From NCBI GenBank assembly GCA_021463485.1, contig JAJTYJ010000001.1, positions 139,932 to 203,931 of the forward strand: a DNA stretch of 64,000 bases. The letters are read 5' to 3'. The position numbers and the translations under genes are program-made. Source of the DNA: a bacterium (GTDB lineage Bacteria; Patescibacteriota; UBA1384; 2-12-FULL-50-11). Shown one piece after another: positions 18,154 to 28,243 of the stretch. The notes below the pieces were generated by a model, which searched no databases, had not been told where the DNA came from, and worked only from the letters and a program-made list of their open reading frames with translations. Each line of letters starts with the position of its first letter. Positions within the stretch are counted from its first letter, which is position 1.

Positions 18154-19275
18154 CTAGTTTAAGTAGTCTTTGAGCTTTGAGGCTTCTTCGTGTTTTTTGA
18201 GTTTTTGTAATGCTTTAGCTTCTATCTGTCGGATACGCTCGCGAGTAACACCGAACTCTTTTCCGACTTCTTCCAACGTATGGGTACGAGCTGAGCCTTC
18301 TTCAGCATCTAATCCGAAACGCATTCGTAAGATTTTTTGTTCGCGTGGCGTTAAAATCGAGAGCGACTCCTCGACGTGACCCTTCATCAACTGATAAATC
18401 GCTTGCTCTTCCGGTGAGATCGTATTTTTATCTTCAATAAACTCGCCTAGGCTCGAGTCGCCTTCGTCGCCAACAGGGGATTCAAGCGAAACTGTTTCTT
18501 GTGAGATTTTCATAATGTGTTCGAGCTTATCGAGCTCGACGCCGAGTTTTTTGGCTAACTCTTCGTGGGTTGGCTCGCGACCGAGCTCCTGTTGAAGTTC
18601 GCGTTGCGTACGCATATATCGGTTGATGGTCTCGACCATATGAACTGGGATACGAATAGTGCGAGCTTGGTCGGCGATCGCTCGGGTAATTGCTTGGCGG
18701 ATCCACCACGTGGCGTACGTTGAGAACTTAAAGCCTTTTTTGTAATCGAACTTCTCTACCGCCCGATGCAAACCAAGATTTCCTTCTTGGATTAAATCCA
18801 AAAGCGACAAACCGCGACCGATGTATTTTTTGGCAATCGAGACGACTAATCGAAGGTTAGCTTCGGCTAGTTTTCGTTTGGCCGCCTTATCACCACGCTC
18901 AATCCGTTTGGCTAATCGAACCTCTTCGTCACCAGTTAAGAGCGGGTACTGACCGATCTCACGAAGATACATACGGACCGAGTCTTCGCTTAGTCCGGTA
19001 ATATCGTCGTCTTTGACTACTTTTTTCTTGCCGGTTTCTATTTCGGGAATGTCGAGTAAGGGTTTTGGTTCGCGTAACTCAACCCCGATCGTATCTAGGT
19101 AGCGCATAAACTCATCAACTACCTCTAAATCATTTTCCGGCTCGGTGAAGCTCTGCAAGATTTCTTTATATGTTACGAATCCGTGCGCCCGGCCTTTGCG
19201 AATGAGATACATCAGCTCCTCAGGAAAATTAAGACCGACGTCTTGTTTTATTTTTTTCGGCACTGCTTTTGTCAT
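18154..19275 (-). CDS. rpoD: RNA polymerase sigma factor RpoD (sigma-70 family, group 1)
   Basis: Regions 1.2-4 are conserved ([39 protein letters not shown]); its ATG overlaps the dnaG stop. Confidence 0.95.
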   Translation of the reverse strand: MTKAVPKKIKQDVGLNFPEELMYLIRKGRAHGFVTYKEILQSFTEPENDLEVVDEFMRYLDTIGVELREPKPLLDIPEIETGKKKVVKDDDITGLSEDSVRMYLREIGQYPLLTGDEEVRLAKRIERGDKAAKRKLAEANLRLVVSIAKKYIGRGLSLLDLIQEGNLGLHRAVEKFDYKKGFKFSTYATWWIRQAITRAIADQARTIRIPVHMVETINRYMRTQRELQQELGREPTHEELAKKLGVELDKLEHIMKISQETVSLESPVGDEGDSSLGEFIEDKNTISPEEQAIYQLMKGHVEESLSILTPREQKILRMRFGLDAEEGSARTHTLEEVGKEFGVTRERIRQIEAKALQKLKKHEEASKLKDYLN

Positions 19276-21023
19276 ACGTTATTCTCCTTAGTCTGTTTTG
19301 ATAGTTCGTTTAATTCGTTCATTAACCGCTTCACTTCTGTTAAATCGCCGGCCTGCTGCGCTCGTTGAATACCACTAGCTAGCGCGGATTTTTGCTGATC
19401 GTATTGTTTTGTTGAGAGTTGAGAAAATTTTTCCTGTAGCAGCTCTTCCGTAAGCGCCGGCGAAAGCTGCTCCCATTGGGAAGAGAGCCAAAATTGCCAC
19501 GAGTCAATCTTCTCACTTATGCGTGGGTCAAGATCGGTTTTCACCTGTGAAGAAAAGCGGGACGGGTTCTTCACCAAAGTTCCATCAGTATACCACTTCT
19601 TGATTGAAGAGGCAATCAGCTCGGCGTCCATGCTCTGCCAAACTACGTCTTCAATTTTTTTAAGATGACGCTTAATCCCAGACGGGTTAGAGAGAAGTAG
19701 TGCAAGTAGCTGCTCCTCATTGGTTAGCGTGGGCGGCTTTTCGACTACTCTTGAGCTGCCAGTGTCTGGAGTTTTTGGTTGGCTCGTTTTTTTTAAGGTT
19801 GTGTATAAGCTTTCCGAGCTAACTTGTAACAGTGAGGCAAGACGCTGAACGTAGTAGTCGAGTCTTGTGGCGTCTGGAACCAGCTGCAGCGTCGGCAAAA
19901 TCATGGAGGTTAATTTCTTTTTGTTCTCGATAAATTGGAGGGAACCAACAGCTCTAACTTTCTGGTTAATAAGCCAATCGACCATTTCTGTAGCGCTTTT
20001 TAGTGTGTCTGCCCACGTCTTCGGCGCCTTTTCAAAGAGCTCGCCGGCATCTTTATACGAACCAAAACTTAACACCCGACCGCTCAGGTCATTCTTGAGT
20101 AGTAATTGAACAACTTTCTCGGTCGTACTGACGCCGGCTGCGTCGCCGTCGAAGCCGAGGACGAAATTTTGAGTGTATTTAGAGAGAATCTGAAGCTGCT
20201 GCTCGGTTACAGCAGTCCCCGAACTGGCAACAACTTCAGTAACACCAGCCTGATGCAGCGCGATAACATCCAGCTGGCCCTCAACTAAAATCACTCGATC
20301 TTCTTTTTTAATACCAGCCTTTGCCAGATGCAGTCCGTATAGAACCCGGCCTTTTGAGAATAATTGAGTTTCAGGAGAGTTGAGATACTTTGGCTGGGCG
20401 TCTCCGAGCGAGCGACCGGTAAAGGCAATAACGTTCCCAAGTACGTCGTAGATTGGGAATATAATTCGATCGAAGAATTTCTCCGGAGAGCCAGCGCGCT
20501 GTAGATCGGCGGCGGTTACCCCTTTGCTAGCCATCAATTTTTGCAACGAGATGCGTTTCGAAGCAAATCCGACACCAAACTCCTTTAACGAATCTGTTGA
20601 AATTTGACGCGACTCTAGATACGCCAAAGCCGCTTTACCTTCTGGTGTCCCAAATAAAACTTTTTGGAATATCGCTGCTGCCAGTTTATTTACTCGATAG
20701 AGCAGCTCCTTGCGACCCTGGCTTTGATGCTCAGCCGTAGTTCGCGGCTGCAACGTAACCCCAGCTTTCTGTGCTAAGAGTCTAAGAACGTCGCCGAACT
20801 CAAGGTGTTCGGCCTCCATTACGAACGTGTAGTGATCGCCGCCCTTACCGCAGCCGAAGCACTTCCAGATCTGTTTTTGCGGGCTAACCATCATCGACGG
20901 CGTTTTCTCCTGATGAAACGGGCAGACGCCTTTGTAGTTAGTACCGGCTTTCTTTAAAACGACGTACTGACTAATCAAATCAACAAGATCCAGCCGTCCC
21001 TTTATTTCCTCAACTTCGTTCAT
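19272..21023 (-). CDS. dnaG: DNA primase DnaG
   Basis: CHC2 zinc finger [13 protein letters not shown]...CFGCG, Toprim domain ([13 protein letters not shown]), C-terminal helicase-interaction region. Confidence 0.95.
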   Translation of the reverse strand: MNEVEEIKGRLDLVDLISQYVVLKKAGTNYKGVCPFHQEKTPSMMVSPQKQIWKCFGCGKGGDHYTFVMEAEHLEFGDVLRLLAQKAGVTLQPRTTAEHQSQGRKELLYRVNKLAAAIFQKVLFGTPEGKAALAYLESRQISTDSLKEFGVGFASKRISLQKLMASKGVTAADLQRAGSPEKFFDRIIFPIYDVLGNVIAFTGRSLGDAQPKYLNSPETQLFSKGRVLYGLHLAKAGIKKEDRVILVEGQLDVIALHQAGVTEVVASSGTAVTEQQLQILSKYTQNFVLGFDGDAAGVSTTEKVVQLLLKNDLSGRVLSFGSYKDAGELFEKAPKTWADTLKSATEMVDWLINQKVRAVGSLQFIENKKKLTSMILPTLQLVPDATRLDYYVQRLASLLQVSSESLYTTLKKTSQPKTPDTGSSRVVEKPPTLTNEEQLLALLLSNPSGIKRHLKKIEDVVWQSMDAELIASSIKKWYTDGTLVKNPSRFSSQVKTDLDPRISEKIDSWQFWLSSQWEQLSPALTEELLQEKFSQLSTKQYDQQKSALASGIQRAQQAGDLTEVKRLMNELNELSKQTKENNV

Positions 21024-21156
21024 CGCTTACACGGAGAATAACAGATACGGGACCAGAAGAGTATACCGAGAAACTACTGGATCTTTCGGACATTTTTTAG
21101 TATCATTCTAAAACGTTTCCGCAAAAACGGAGGCGAACATCGGAGGGTAATGCACA

Positions 21157-21447
21157 TTGCAACTCAGTAACTGTAAGAACGAACGGCAGCTCATGGTAGC
21201 TGCTGCCCAACACATCGGGGCAAACCCGAGAAGTAGGACCATCAATCAGGTCTACCGCGCCGTGCAAAGGTCGGGCCGACTGCTCGACAAACCGCACAAG
21301 ACGCTTCAGCGGATCGACGCGACCCGGGAGGGAATCGCCGAGCTGAAGAAGGACGGTCACGACCATCACATTCCGCGCTACGTCCGACGCGCTCTGGTGG
21401 ACGGGCAGCCCTGCCCCAAGAAGTTCTTGCAATCCGTCGTCGGCTAA
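21157..21447 (+). CDS. Possible small orphan CDS in a GC-rich segment; strand and start are uncertain
   Basis: Open frames on both strands (21157..21447 + with a TTG start, 21103..21432 -); GGAGGG SD-like sequence at 21142; ~60% GC; no homology. Confidence 0.2.
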   Translation: MQLSNCKNERQLMVAAAQHIGANPRSRTINQVYRAVQRSGRLLDKPHKTLQRIDATREGIAELKKDGHDHHIPRYVRRALVDGQPCPKKFLQSVVG

Positions 21448-21527
21448 TTGCCGACCTGCCCACTCGTGCGATGAGTGGGCATATTTTTTTGCATTTTTCA
21501 GGTAAAATTACCAAGAACATAGATTTA

Positions 21528-21617
21528 GGAAGAGTCGCCTAGTGGCCTATGGCGCCGCCTTGGAAAGGCGGTTTATCCGCAAGGGTATCGTGGGTTCGAA
21601 TCCCACCTCTTCCGCCA
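21528..21617 (+). tRNA. tRNA-Ser (anticodon GGA), type II with a long variable arm and encoded CCA
   Basis: Acceptor GGAAGAG/CTCTTCC, D arm, anticodon stem CCGCC/GGCGG with loop TTGGAAA, long variable arm, T arm GTGGGTTCGAATCCCAC, 3' GCCA. Confidence 0.9.
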
Positions 21618-21689
21618 GTTTTAGATAGACAAGTTGTTAGACATCCCTTATCGTATACAGGACTAACTAACTACTAGCGAGGTGAGCTA

Positions 21690-22067
21690 ATGAGTAAAAA
21701 TAGAGTTGTCCATTTCGAAATCGGCGCAGAGGATCCGGAGAAGTTGTCTGAGTTTTATAAGAAAGCCCTGGGTTGGGAGATTAACTTGTGGCCAGGCAGC
21801 GACTATTGGATGGTTGGCAAGACAGAAGATAGAGCAGAGGGAGCAATTTTTGGCGGCATCATGAAACGTTACGAGAGCGAAAAAACCATCAACACCATTG
21901 AAACCGAAGATATCGCCGCCACAATTAAAGATATTGAGGCTAACGGCGGGAAGGTTGTTAAACCGCTGGCTGATATGCCGATGGGGCCAGAAGAAATTAT
22001 GCGCTGGTGCTACTGCGAAGACCCACAGGGCAATATCTTTGGCCTGATGCAAGCCATCAAAAAGTAA
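21690..22067 (+). CDS. VOC (glyoxalase / bleomycin-resistance / dioxygenase) family protein
   Basis: SD GAGGTGAG; VHFEI...DPEKLSEFYKKALGWE at the N-terminus and a conserved Glu/His pattern, ~125 aa. Confidence 0.8.
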   Translation: MSKNRVVHFEIGAEDPEKLSEFYKKALGWEINLWPGSDYWMVGKTEDRAEGAIFGGIMKRYESEKTINTIETEDIAATIKDIEANGGKVVKPLADMPMGPEEIMRWCYCEDPQGNIFGLMQAIKK

Positions 22068-22119
22068 AAAATTGTTATCTCGACCTGACAATCTCTATAG
22101 CTTTTGCTATGTTGGCTTC

Positions 22120-22860
22120 ATGGATGAATTGCCATCCCCGAACCAACAAACGGTTAACCCAGTAGTAGCCGAGAGGCCAAAGCCTAAACGATTCTGGCTT
22201 ATAATAACTGTGGTTCTTTTATTTCTTGTCGGGGTAGTAGTAGTGTTATCATATGGTAAACAAGATCGTGCTGGCCAATTGGAGCTGAACAATCAAACAA
22301 TGACAGTATCTACATCAGGGGATGTTAGTTGGGCAGATTTTTTTCCTAGACTAAGTTCGTATGGTTCACTAGTAAACAATCGGCCAGCAATACCGAGCGG
22401 TTACGAAAGATTTGCTATGCCAGCCCAAGCTGATCCGCTGCAATCGATCATCTGGGGTATGCCTGCTGATATCAAAAAATTATCTGATGACCCTGAAGGG
22501 TTTAGCTACTCTGAATCAAGTGCGGGGATGTTTGAGGTTAACATTTCTATGAACGTCGGCGTCAACGAGCAAGGCCAATTTGAATCATCAGATGGGACAC
22601 TTTCCGAAGAAAAGCTTTCTAAGCAAGACGGAATAACTGATGTACGGCTTATCGAAGGGACACTCGCTGGCACTTCCAACATACCGGTAGCCGCTGTTAC
22701 CGCAAATCTGTCGGGAAAGCCTATTTACCTTGCCTACGTCGGTATTGGCAAAATAACAGACGAGAATACCGTGATGATGATTTCGTTCAAAGGTGGGCAA
22801 GCATCAGACAAGAACACTATTTGGCAGGAATTTACTAAGAGTCTCGGCATCTCTAATTGA
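22120..22860 (+). CDS. Membrane-anchored hypothetical protein
   Basis: Single N-terminal TM (FWLIITVVLLFLVGVVVVL) and an extracellular domain; the ORF-track start at 22072 is TTG, so the first ATG (22120) is used. Confidence 0.5.
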   Translation: MDELPSPNQQTVNPVVAERPKPKRFWLIITVVLLFLVGVVVVLSYGKQDRAGQLELNNQTMTVSTSGDVSWADFFPRLSSYGSLVNNRPAIPSGYERFAMPAQADPLQSIIWGMPADIKKLSDDPEGFSYSESSAGMFEVNISMNVGVNEQGQFESSDGTLSEEKLSKQDGITDVRLIEGTLAGTSNIPVAAVTANLSGKPIYLAYVGIGKITDENTVMMISFKGGQASDKNTIWQEFTKSLGISN

Positions 22861-22864
22861 CTTA

Positions 22865-23434
22865 ATGGAGCGGTGTAGCTGGCCGGGTAAAAACGAGCTG
22901 ATGGTTCGTTATCACGACGAAGAGTGGGGGGTGCCGTGCTATGACGATCAAAAGCTGTTTGAGTTTGTAGTTCTCGATACATTCCAAGCTGGCTTAAGTT
23001 GGGCAATTGTATTGAATAAACGAGAGGGTTTTCGCCAAGCTTTCGATAACTTTAACCCTCAAAAAATCGCCAATTATTCTGAGAAAAAAATTGAGGAGCT
23101 GATCCAAAATAAAAATATCATTCGGAACAGATTAAAGATCCGGGGGACAGTTAAAAATGCCCAGGCATTCCTGAAAGCTCAGAAGGAGTTCGGCAGCTTC
23201 GCTAGTTATCTTTGGGGATTCGTGAATGATCGGCCAATTATTAATCGTCATGTTCAAGATTCTGATATTGGCGCAACCAGCCCTGAGTCTGACGCAATGA
23301 GTAAAGATATGAAGAAAAGGGGTTTTACGTTTTGCGGCTCGACCGTTTGTTACGCTTTTATGCAGGGCGCTGGTTTGGTTAACGACCACGTTGTTAGTTG
23401 CTTCCGATATAAAGAAGTCCAGGGTATAGTTTAA
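22865..23434 (+). CDS. tag: DNA-3-methyladenine glycosylase I
   Basis: MERCSWPGKNELMVRYHDEEWGVP ... FQAGLSWAIVL ... CYAFMQGAGLVNDHVVSC aligns along its full length with E. coli Tag. Confidence 0.9.
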   Translation: MERCSWPGKNELMVRYHDEEWGVPCYDDQKLFEFVVLDTFQAGLSWAIVLNKREGFRQAFDNFNPQKIANYSEKKIEELIQNKNIIRNRLKIRGTVKNAQAFLKAQKEFGSFASYLWGFVNDRPIINRHVQDSDIGATSPESDAMSKDMKKRGFTFCGSTVCYAFMQGAGLVNDHVVSCFRYKEVQGIV

Positions 23435-23437
23435 GTG

Positions 23438-24187
23438 ATGATTCCTCGAGTAACTATTATTTGTTCAACACTACTTGTGCTTACATGTAACGTTCTGGCT
23501 AACATACTGCCATTTAACGGCATAACCACTGCTGCTGTTTCTGATTCGTTTGACGTCTTTTTTGTGCCGGCAGGATACGTGTTCAGTATCTGGGGAGTGA
23601 TATATCTACTATTGATAAGTTTCACGATCTACACCTTCTTAGATCGATCCGACGACAATGGACGAATTTCTCGAATAGCACCCTGGTACCTGTTAAGTTC
23701 TGTCGCAAATAGTGCCTGGTTATTAAGCTGGCACTACCAACAATTTGGATTGAGCGTAGTCTTAATGGTGGTTCTGCTACTCTCACTAATTCGAATCTAT
23801 ATGCTATCACGACCCGCCCTAGATAAACGTGAGTATTGGATGAGCAGTCTACCTTTTAGTGTTTATTTGGGTTGGATATCAGTGGCTACAATTGCCAACG
23901 TCGCTGCGTACTTGGATTACGTCTCTTGGAACGGCTTTGGAATTATCGAGTCAGCTTGGGCTTCGATAATGATAACTATTGCTGGACTACTTGGCATTAT
24001 CTTTGCATTACGACTTAGGGACGCCGCCTACACACTGGTTATTCTTTGGGCGATCGCTGGAATCTGGGTGAATTTTCCACTTCAAAAAAGTATCGTCACG
24101 GCCGTACAGGCTGTCGGCATACTGCTAGTAGTTGCTGTCATCTTTGCGGTTACTAAACAGAAGCCAACCAATGCAGCAACTAACTGA
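23438..24187 (+). CDS. Polytopic membrane protein, TspO/MBR-like (family assignment tentative)
   Basis: The segment [19 protein letters not shown] resembles the TspO consensus; ~7 TM segments; at 250 aa it is longer than a typical TspO. Confidence 0.55.
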   Translation: MIPRVTIICSTLLVLTCNVLANILPFNGITTAAVSDSFDVFFVPAGYVFSIWGVIYLLLISFTIYTFLDRSDDNGRISRIAPWYLLSSVANSAWLLSWHYQQFGLSVVLMVVLLLSLIRIYMLSRPALDKREYWMSSLPFSVYLGWISVATIANVAAYLDYVSWNGFGIIESAWASIMITIAGLLGIIFALRLRDAAYTLVILWAIAGIWVNFPLQKSIVTAVQAVGILLVVAVIFAVTKQKPTNAATN

Positions 24188-24560
24188 GGATCAATGGAAA
24201 GAAAGTCTAACCCCCGAGCAGTACGAAGTATTGAGGCTAAAGGGAACTGACGCACCGTTCTCGGGAGAGTACGTCGATTTTCACGAAAACGGTGATTACG
24301 TCTGCGCAGCCTGTAACAATAAGCTATTTAACTCGGAAACAAAGTACGACTCACACTGCGGCTGGCCGAGCTTTTTTGATATTGCTAAACAAGGAACCAT
24401 AGAATTACACGAAGACCGATCACACGGAATGGTTCGCACTGAAGTAACGTGCGCTAATTGCGGTGGTCACCTAGGACACGTTTTTGACGATGGCCCCAAA
24501 GATAAAACCGGTAAACGGTACTGCATAAACTCCACTTCGCTAAAATTCAAAGCGAGATAG
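24171..24560 (+). CDS. msrB: Peptide-methionine (R)-S-oxide reductase MsrB
   Basis: SelR domain with CxxC ... CxxC zinc site and catalytic RYCINS motif; it overlaps the end of the preceding gene. Confidence 0.9.
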   Translation: MQQLTEDQWKESLTPEQYEVLRLKGTDAPFSGEYVDFHENGDYVCAACNNKLFNSETKYDSHCGWPSFFDIAKQGTIELHEDRSHGMVRTEVTCANCGGHLGHVFDDGPKDKTGKRYCINSTSLKFKAR

Positions 24561-24561
24561 C

Positions 24562-25551
24562 ATGAAAAAAATTGTGTTGTGGGCTGTACTCGTCGCAATA
24601 CTACTCGTGAGCGCATTAATTCTCTTTAAAAGAGCGAAACAACCTAGTGCAAATACAGAAACAACCATAAGTTACGACCAACAGAGGTTAAGGGGCGTAA
24701 GTTGGTCGCCAAAATCAAGTAGCATGGCCGACCTCAATGCTTTCTTCCAACTCGTTCCAAGCATCGGCAACGCGCTTAGCTGGGCGGGGAATTATCAAGA
24801 TTTAGCAAAAACAACCGGTAACGCCGCCCGAACTGTCATCGAACAATCTAGGAAGTATAATATTACCCCCATCATTATTACCGGCCCGAACAACAACGAA
24901 GTGCTCGATGGCATCGGTCAAAAAAACTTTCGGAATGCAGTATTGAACTTTGTTAAAGAGAACGACGTTCCCTATATCGGGTTAGGTAACGAGATCGATG
25001 AGATATATTTAGAGTCGCCAACTCGTTACGAGAATTTGATCAGAATAATCGAACAGCTGGCAGTCGATGTTCGGGTTGCTTCACCCGACACTAAAGTATT
25101 TACAATCTTTCAGCTGGAGCGAGTAAAGGGCATGCGTGGCGGTCTATTCGGTGGGAAAAACGATCCCAGTATAAATAGTTGGCCCCTAATTGCCGAGATC
25201 AAGAATCTGGATTTCGTGGCGTTTACCAGCTATCCGTGTTTAATTTACAAGAGCCCTGCCGAAATTCCCGACGAGTACTACTCAGAAATTGCTAATTATA
25301 CGTCGCTACCAGTCATTTTTACTGAAATCGGATGGTTCCGTGAAACTCCGACTACCGGCTGGGAGAGCTCAGAAGCAGAGCAGGCTCAGTTTGTACAACA
25401 ATTTAAACAATTGACCGAACGCATTGCGCCAAGCATTGTAATCTGGCCGTTTTTGTACGATCAAGATATCGCTACCCCATTTAAACAAATCGGACTACTT
25501 GGGCAAGAATCAACAACTTCACTCGGCTACGAAGCTTGGAAAAACTACTAG
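24562..25551 (+). CDS. Membrane-anchored putative glycoside hydrolase (clan GH-A / GH5-like TIM barrel)
   Basis: N-terminal TM; candidate acid/base motif GLGNEIDE and nucleophile motif IFTEIGW, spaced as in GH5/GH26 enzymes. Confidence 0.55.
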   Translation: MKKIVLWAVLVAILLVSALILFKRAKQPSANTETTISYDQQRLRGVSWSPKSSSMADLNAFFQLVPSIGNALSWAGNYQDLAKTTGNAARTVIEQSRKYNITPIIITGPNNNEVLDGIGQKNFRNAVLNFVKENDVPYIGLGNEIDEIYLESPTRYENLIRIIEQLAVDVRVASPDTKVFTIFQLERVKGMRGGLFGGKNDPSINSWPLIAEIKNLDFVAFTSYPCLIYKSPAEIPDEYYSEIANYTSLPVIFTEIGWFRETPTTGWESSEAEQAQFVQQFKQLTERIAPSIVIWPFLYDQDIATPFKQIGLLGQESTTSLGYEAWKNY

Positions 25552-25593
25552 TATTTTGCAAATATTGACTCAATTCGCTATGTATTAGAAATA

Positions 25594-26274
25594 ATGCATG
25601 AGATACAGCAATACGTCATTAATCAGTTAATAAAACAGGACTTCTGTCGGTACCGAGACATTAAGCCGAAAGACATCGAGGGGAACTTATTTATGTATCA
25701 CCTGCGGAAACTAATTCGTGACGGATTTGTCGAGAAGGTAACGGCCGGTTACAGGCTCACTCGAAAAGGGTTGCGTATGGTCGATACGTTGAGTCTAAAA
25801 AATATGCAGCCCCGAATTCAACCAAAAATTGTTACGCTTATCGCTTGCCAAAATGAGCGGGGAGAGTGGCTGCTTTACCGCCGGACTAAACAACCGTTCT
25901 TCGGGCTGATCGGCTTTCCGTACGGTAAAATTCACCTTGGCGAACATATCCAAGACGCCGCGAACCGAGAGCTTGAGGAAAAAACTGGACTAACCGCCGA
26001 GCTCAGACACGCGGGAGACGTCTATCTAACCGTTGAAGACGAAGAGTCGTTGTTAACTCATATGCTCTTCCACGTTTTTCACGGCACACAAACTACTGGA
26101 TCGCTCAAAACCGACTCTGTCATAGGCGAATGTTTTTGGATGAGAGCTAACGATATTAAACCCGAAGAACTAATGCCCGGTTTTGCGGAAATTATCGAGC
26201 TGATTATGACTAAAGGCAAACACTTTTTTGCTGAATACAGCTTTTTGCTACCTGTTAACGAAGTTCGTACGTGA
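25594..26274 (+). CDS. NUDIX hydrolase with an N-terminal winged-helix domain
   Basis: Nudix box GFPYGKIHLGEHIQDAANRELEEKTGL (GX5EX7REUXEEXGU). Confidence 0.8.
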   Translation: MHEIQQYVINQLIKQDFCRYRDIKPKDIEGNLFMYHLRKLIRDGFVEKVTAGYRLTRKGLRMVDTLSLKNMQPRIQPKIVTLIACQNERGEWLLYRRTKQPFFGLIGFPYGKIHLGEHIQDAANRELEEKTGLTAELRHAGDVYLTVEDEESLLTHMLFHVFHGTQTTGSLKTDSVIGECFWMRANDIKPEELMPGFAEIIELIMTKGKHFFAEYSFLLPVNEVRT

Positions 26275-26992
26275 TTGTTATCGAAAAACTTACCTCTTGT
26301 TCGCCGGGTAGAATAATTGGGGAGGTTACCGCGTCAGCGCTGCCGACCTTGCCTTCTAACGGAATAATTCCGCCGCCCCACTGAACTTCTGAGACTTTCT
26401 GAACTTTTCCGAGTTCTACGCCGAGGGTATCGGCTGTTTCTAGCGCTTTCTTTTTCCCGTCAGCTAGGGCAAGCGTTCGTGCTTTCGCTTCAAGTTCTTT
26501 ACGAGTCTTATTACTGAAGCCGTATTGCGGAGTAACTGTGTACTGTACCGGAGTAGTGGCAATGTAATCGGTCACTTTCTGAGCGAGCGTTTTATCGTTG
26601 ACAATCGCCGTTAGGGTGAAAATCGCCGTTAGCGAAGAGTTGTCTTTTCGCAGCGTATCCTCTGAAATAGGCATACCAGGCTCGTAGTAACCGACGCCGG
26701 TACTAATATTGGTGGTGATCTTCTTCTCTTCAACTCCAAGTTCTTTTAGTTTTGTCACAACATCGTTACCGAGCGTGGACACTGCCGCGATCGCTGTCTT
26801 TCGTTCTGAAGCCGTTTTCTGATACGTGGCGTTAAATGTAAACTCATCTGGCTCAGCAGTCAGCTCTGCTTGGCCGGTCACTTCGATCGTTCGGGTTTTT
26901 GTTTTTTCCCAGGGCCGCCAGAGCCCAAACATAACGAGAATCATAACCACCAGCGCTATTACCAGGAGCTTTAGATCGAGCTTAATTGTCAT
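26255..26992 (-). CDS. SIMPL-domain (DUF541) secreted/periplasmic protein
   Basis: N-terminal TM anchor then IEVTGQAELTAEPDEFTFNATY..., characteristic of the SIMPL/DUF541 family. Confidence 0.65.
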   Translation of the reverse strand: MTIKLDLKLLVIALVVMILVMFGLWRPWEKTKTRTIEVTGQAELTAEPDEFTFNATYQKTASERKTAIAAVSTLGNDVVTKLKELGVEEKKITTNISTGVGYYEPGMPISEDTLRKDNSSLTAIFTLTAIVNDKTLAQKVTDYIATTPVQYTVTPQYGFSNKTRKELEAKARTLALADGKKKALETADTLGVELGKVQKVSEVQWGGGIIPLEGKVGSADAVTSPIILPGEQEVSFSITITYELR

Positions 26993-27018
26993 ACAAGAAT
27001 AATACTACTTCACTTCCG

Positions 27019-27047
27019 TTGATTCCACTGGTGTATTTACCTATAAT
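27019..27047 (+). promoter_or_regulatory. Sigma70-like promoter TTGATT-N17-TATAAT upstream of 27080
   Basis: Perfect -10, 4/6 -35 and a 17-nt spacer, read directly. Confidence 0.45.
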
Positions 27048-27079
27048 TGAGCGGTCACGTTTTCGGTGCACCTACTATC

Positions 27080-28207
27080 ATGAAGAGAGAACATATCGGC
27101 TTTCTTATCAACATCCCCGCTAAGGGCGGGCACGGCGCAAAAGAAGCGCTAAAGCTACGCAACGGCCTACTTGGAAGAGTTATCCGAGAAGATACAGCCG
27201 AACAGTTCGCGATCGGACTCAAGTCGTCGCAATGCTACTTCGGTCCTTCCCCGGTAATAACTTGTAGCGACGGTGTCGAGATTGTGGTTCACATTCTCGG
27301 AGTTCCGGCAACTTCTGCAGCGCTACTCGACCAAAAACACCCGCTGCATCACCTTGCTATCGACCGTCTGCTAGCGGCACCAGAGGAACTACGCAAGCTC
27401 GCCAAAACCAGCTTGAGCGTACTTGGTCTTGGGGCGGCAACGGCCATTGCGGCTGGGCACGGCCGTTCGGTATTTCAGCAGGCTCGTTCGCTACCCGATC
27501 CGTACCTCGTCGTTACCTCAGGCAATACCGTTACAAGCGGGCTCTCGGTTGAGATTGCGAAAAAAGTTGTGGAGCAAGCGAGAATCAGCTATCCGTTCTC
27601 GATCGGGGTATTGGGCGGATTCGGCTCCACAGGTTCTCGGGTTGTCACTATGGCCGCTGAGGCTTTTAAACCACAGCGTATCGTAATAACCACAGGAACG
27701 TCAGAGCAAGACCACAGCAAGGAGTTATCCCGATATCGCGAGTGCCACCCACACACCGAGTTTGTCGTTGGAGATCTCTGCCAAGCAGTTGGCTGCCGGT
27801 TATCGTTTCTAGCGACTTCGAGCGTCTCAGCCTTAGCGATTAACCCAAACTGGGTTGCTCGTAACGCGATAATGATCGACATCGGTAAGCCGCTAAACAC
27901 CGAGCTGTCGCTGGCTCTTGCCCGACCCGACGTCACAATCGTTGACGGCTCGCTAGCGCTACTGCCAGAAGGCACCTATTGGAACGACCTTTGTCGACAG
28001 ATGAGCTTAGTAGCCAACATTGTGTTTGGCTGTTTAGCCGAGACAATCTTTCTCGGACATGAAGAAGCCGTCGGCAAACTCCTAGACTTTCACGGTAAAA
28101 CGACGTTCATCGGTCGTCCCGATGGAGAGTTGGCCCGGTCGATGGTCGATGGTTTAAAGAAGATCGGTCTCAACCCGCATGTTGTTCCCGCACATCGTCC
28201 ACACTAA
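27080..28207 (+). CDS. Rossmann-fold hypothetical protein (shikimate/quinate dehydrogenase-like?)
   Basis: Two glycine-rich dinucleotide-binding-like motifs (VLGLGAATAIAAGHG, IGVLGGFGSTGSRV); GC slightly above local background; the ORF-track TTG extension was removed. Confidence 0.55.
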   Translation: MKREHIGFLINIPAKGGHGAKEALKLRNGLLGRVIREDTAEQFAIGLKSSQCYFGPSPVITCSDGVEIVVHILGVPATSAALLDQKHPLHHLAIDRLLAAPEELRKLAKTSLSVLGLGAATAIAAGHGRSVFQQARSLPDPYLVVTSGNTVTSGLSVEIAKKVVEQARISYPFSIGVLGGFGSTGSRVVTMAAEAFKPQRIVITTGTSEQDHSKELSRYRECHPHTEFVVGDLCQAVGCRLSFLATSSVSALAINPNWVARNAIMIDIGKPLNTELSLALARPDVTIVDGSLALLPEGTYWNDLCRQMSLVANIVFGCLAETIFLGHEEAVGKLLDFHGKTTFIGRPDGELARSMVDGLKKIGLNPHVVPAHRPH

Positions 28208-28229
28208 CCCCGCTTGCGGGGTTTCTTTT
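28205..28229. terminator. Hairpin terminator (CCCCGC-tt-GCGGGG followed by TTTCTTTTT) between convergent genes
   Basis: GC-rich palindrome plus T-run directly after stop 28207; it also lies after the ppsA stop (28244) on the other strand. Confidence 0.5.
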
Positions 28230-28243
28230 TACCCAACATGGGA

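Noticed and set aside
21103-21432. 109-aa minus-strand ORF opposite 21157..21447
   Set aside because: I cannot choose between the strands. Neither has homology, so only a single low-confidence feature is listed.
22072-22120. ORF-track 5' extensions starting at TTG or GTG (22072, 27047, 30661, 33461, 35651, 42368, 51966)
   Set aside because: In each case an in-frame ATG with better context (an SD or a neighbouring gene's stop) lies shortly downstream. TTG or GTG starts were kept only where no ATG exists (rnj, the MYG1-like gene, FemAB).
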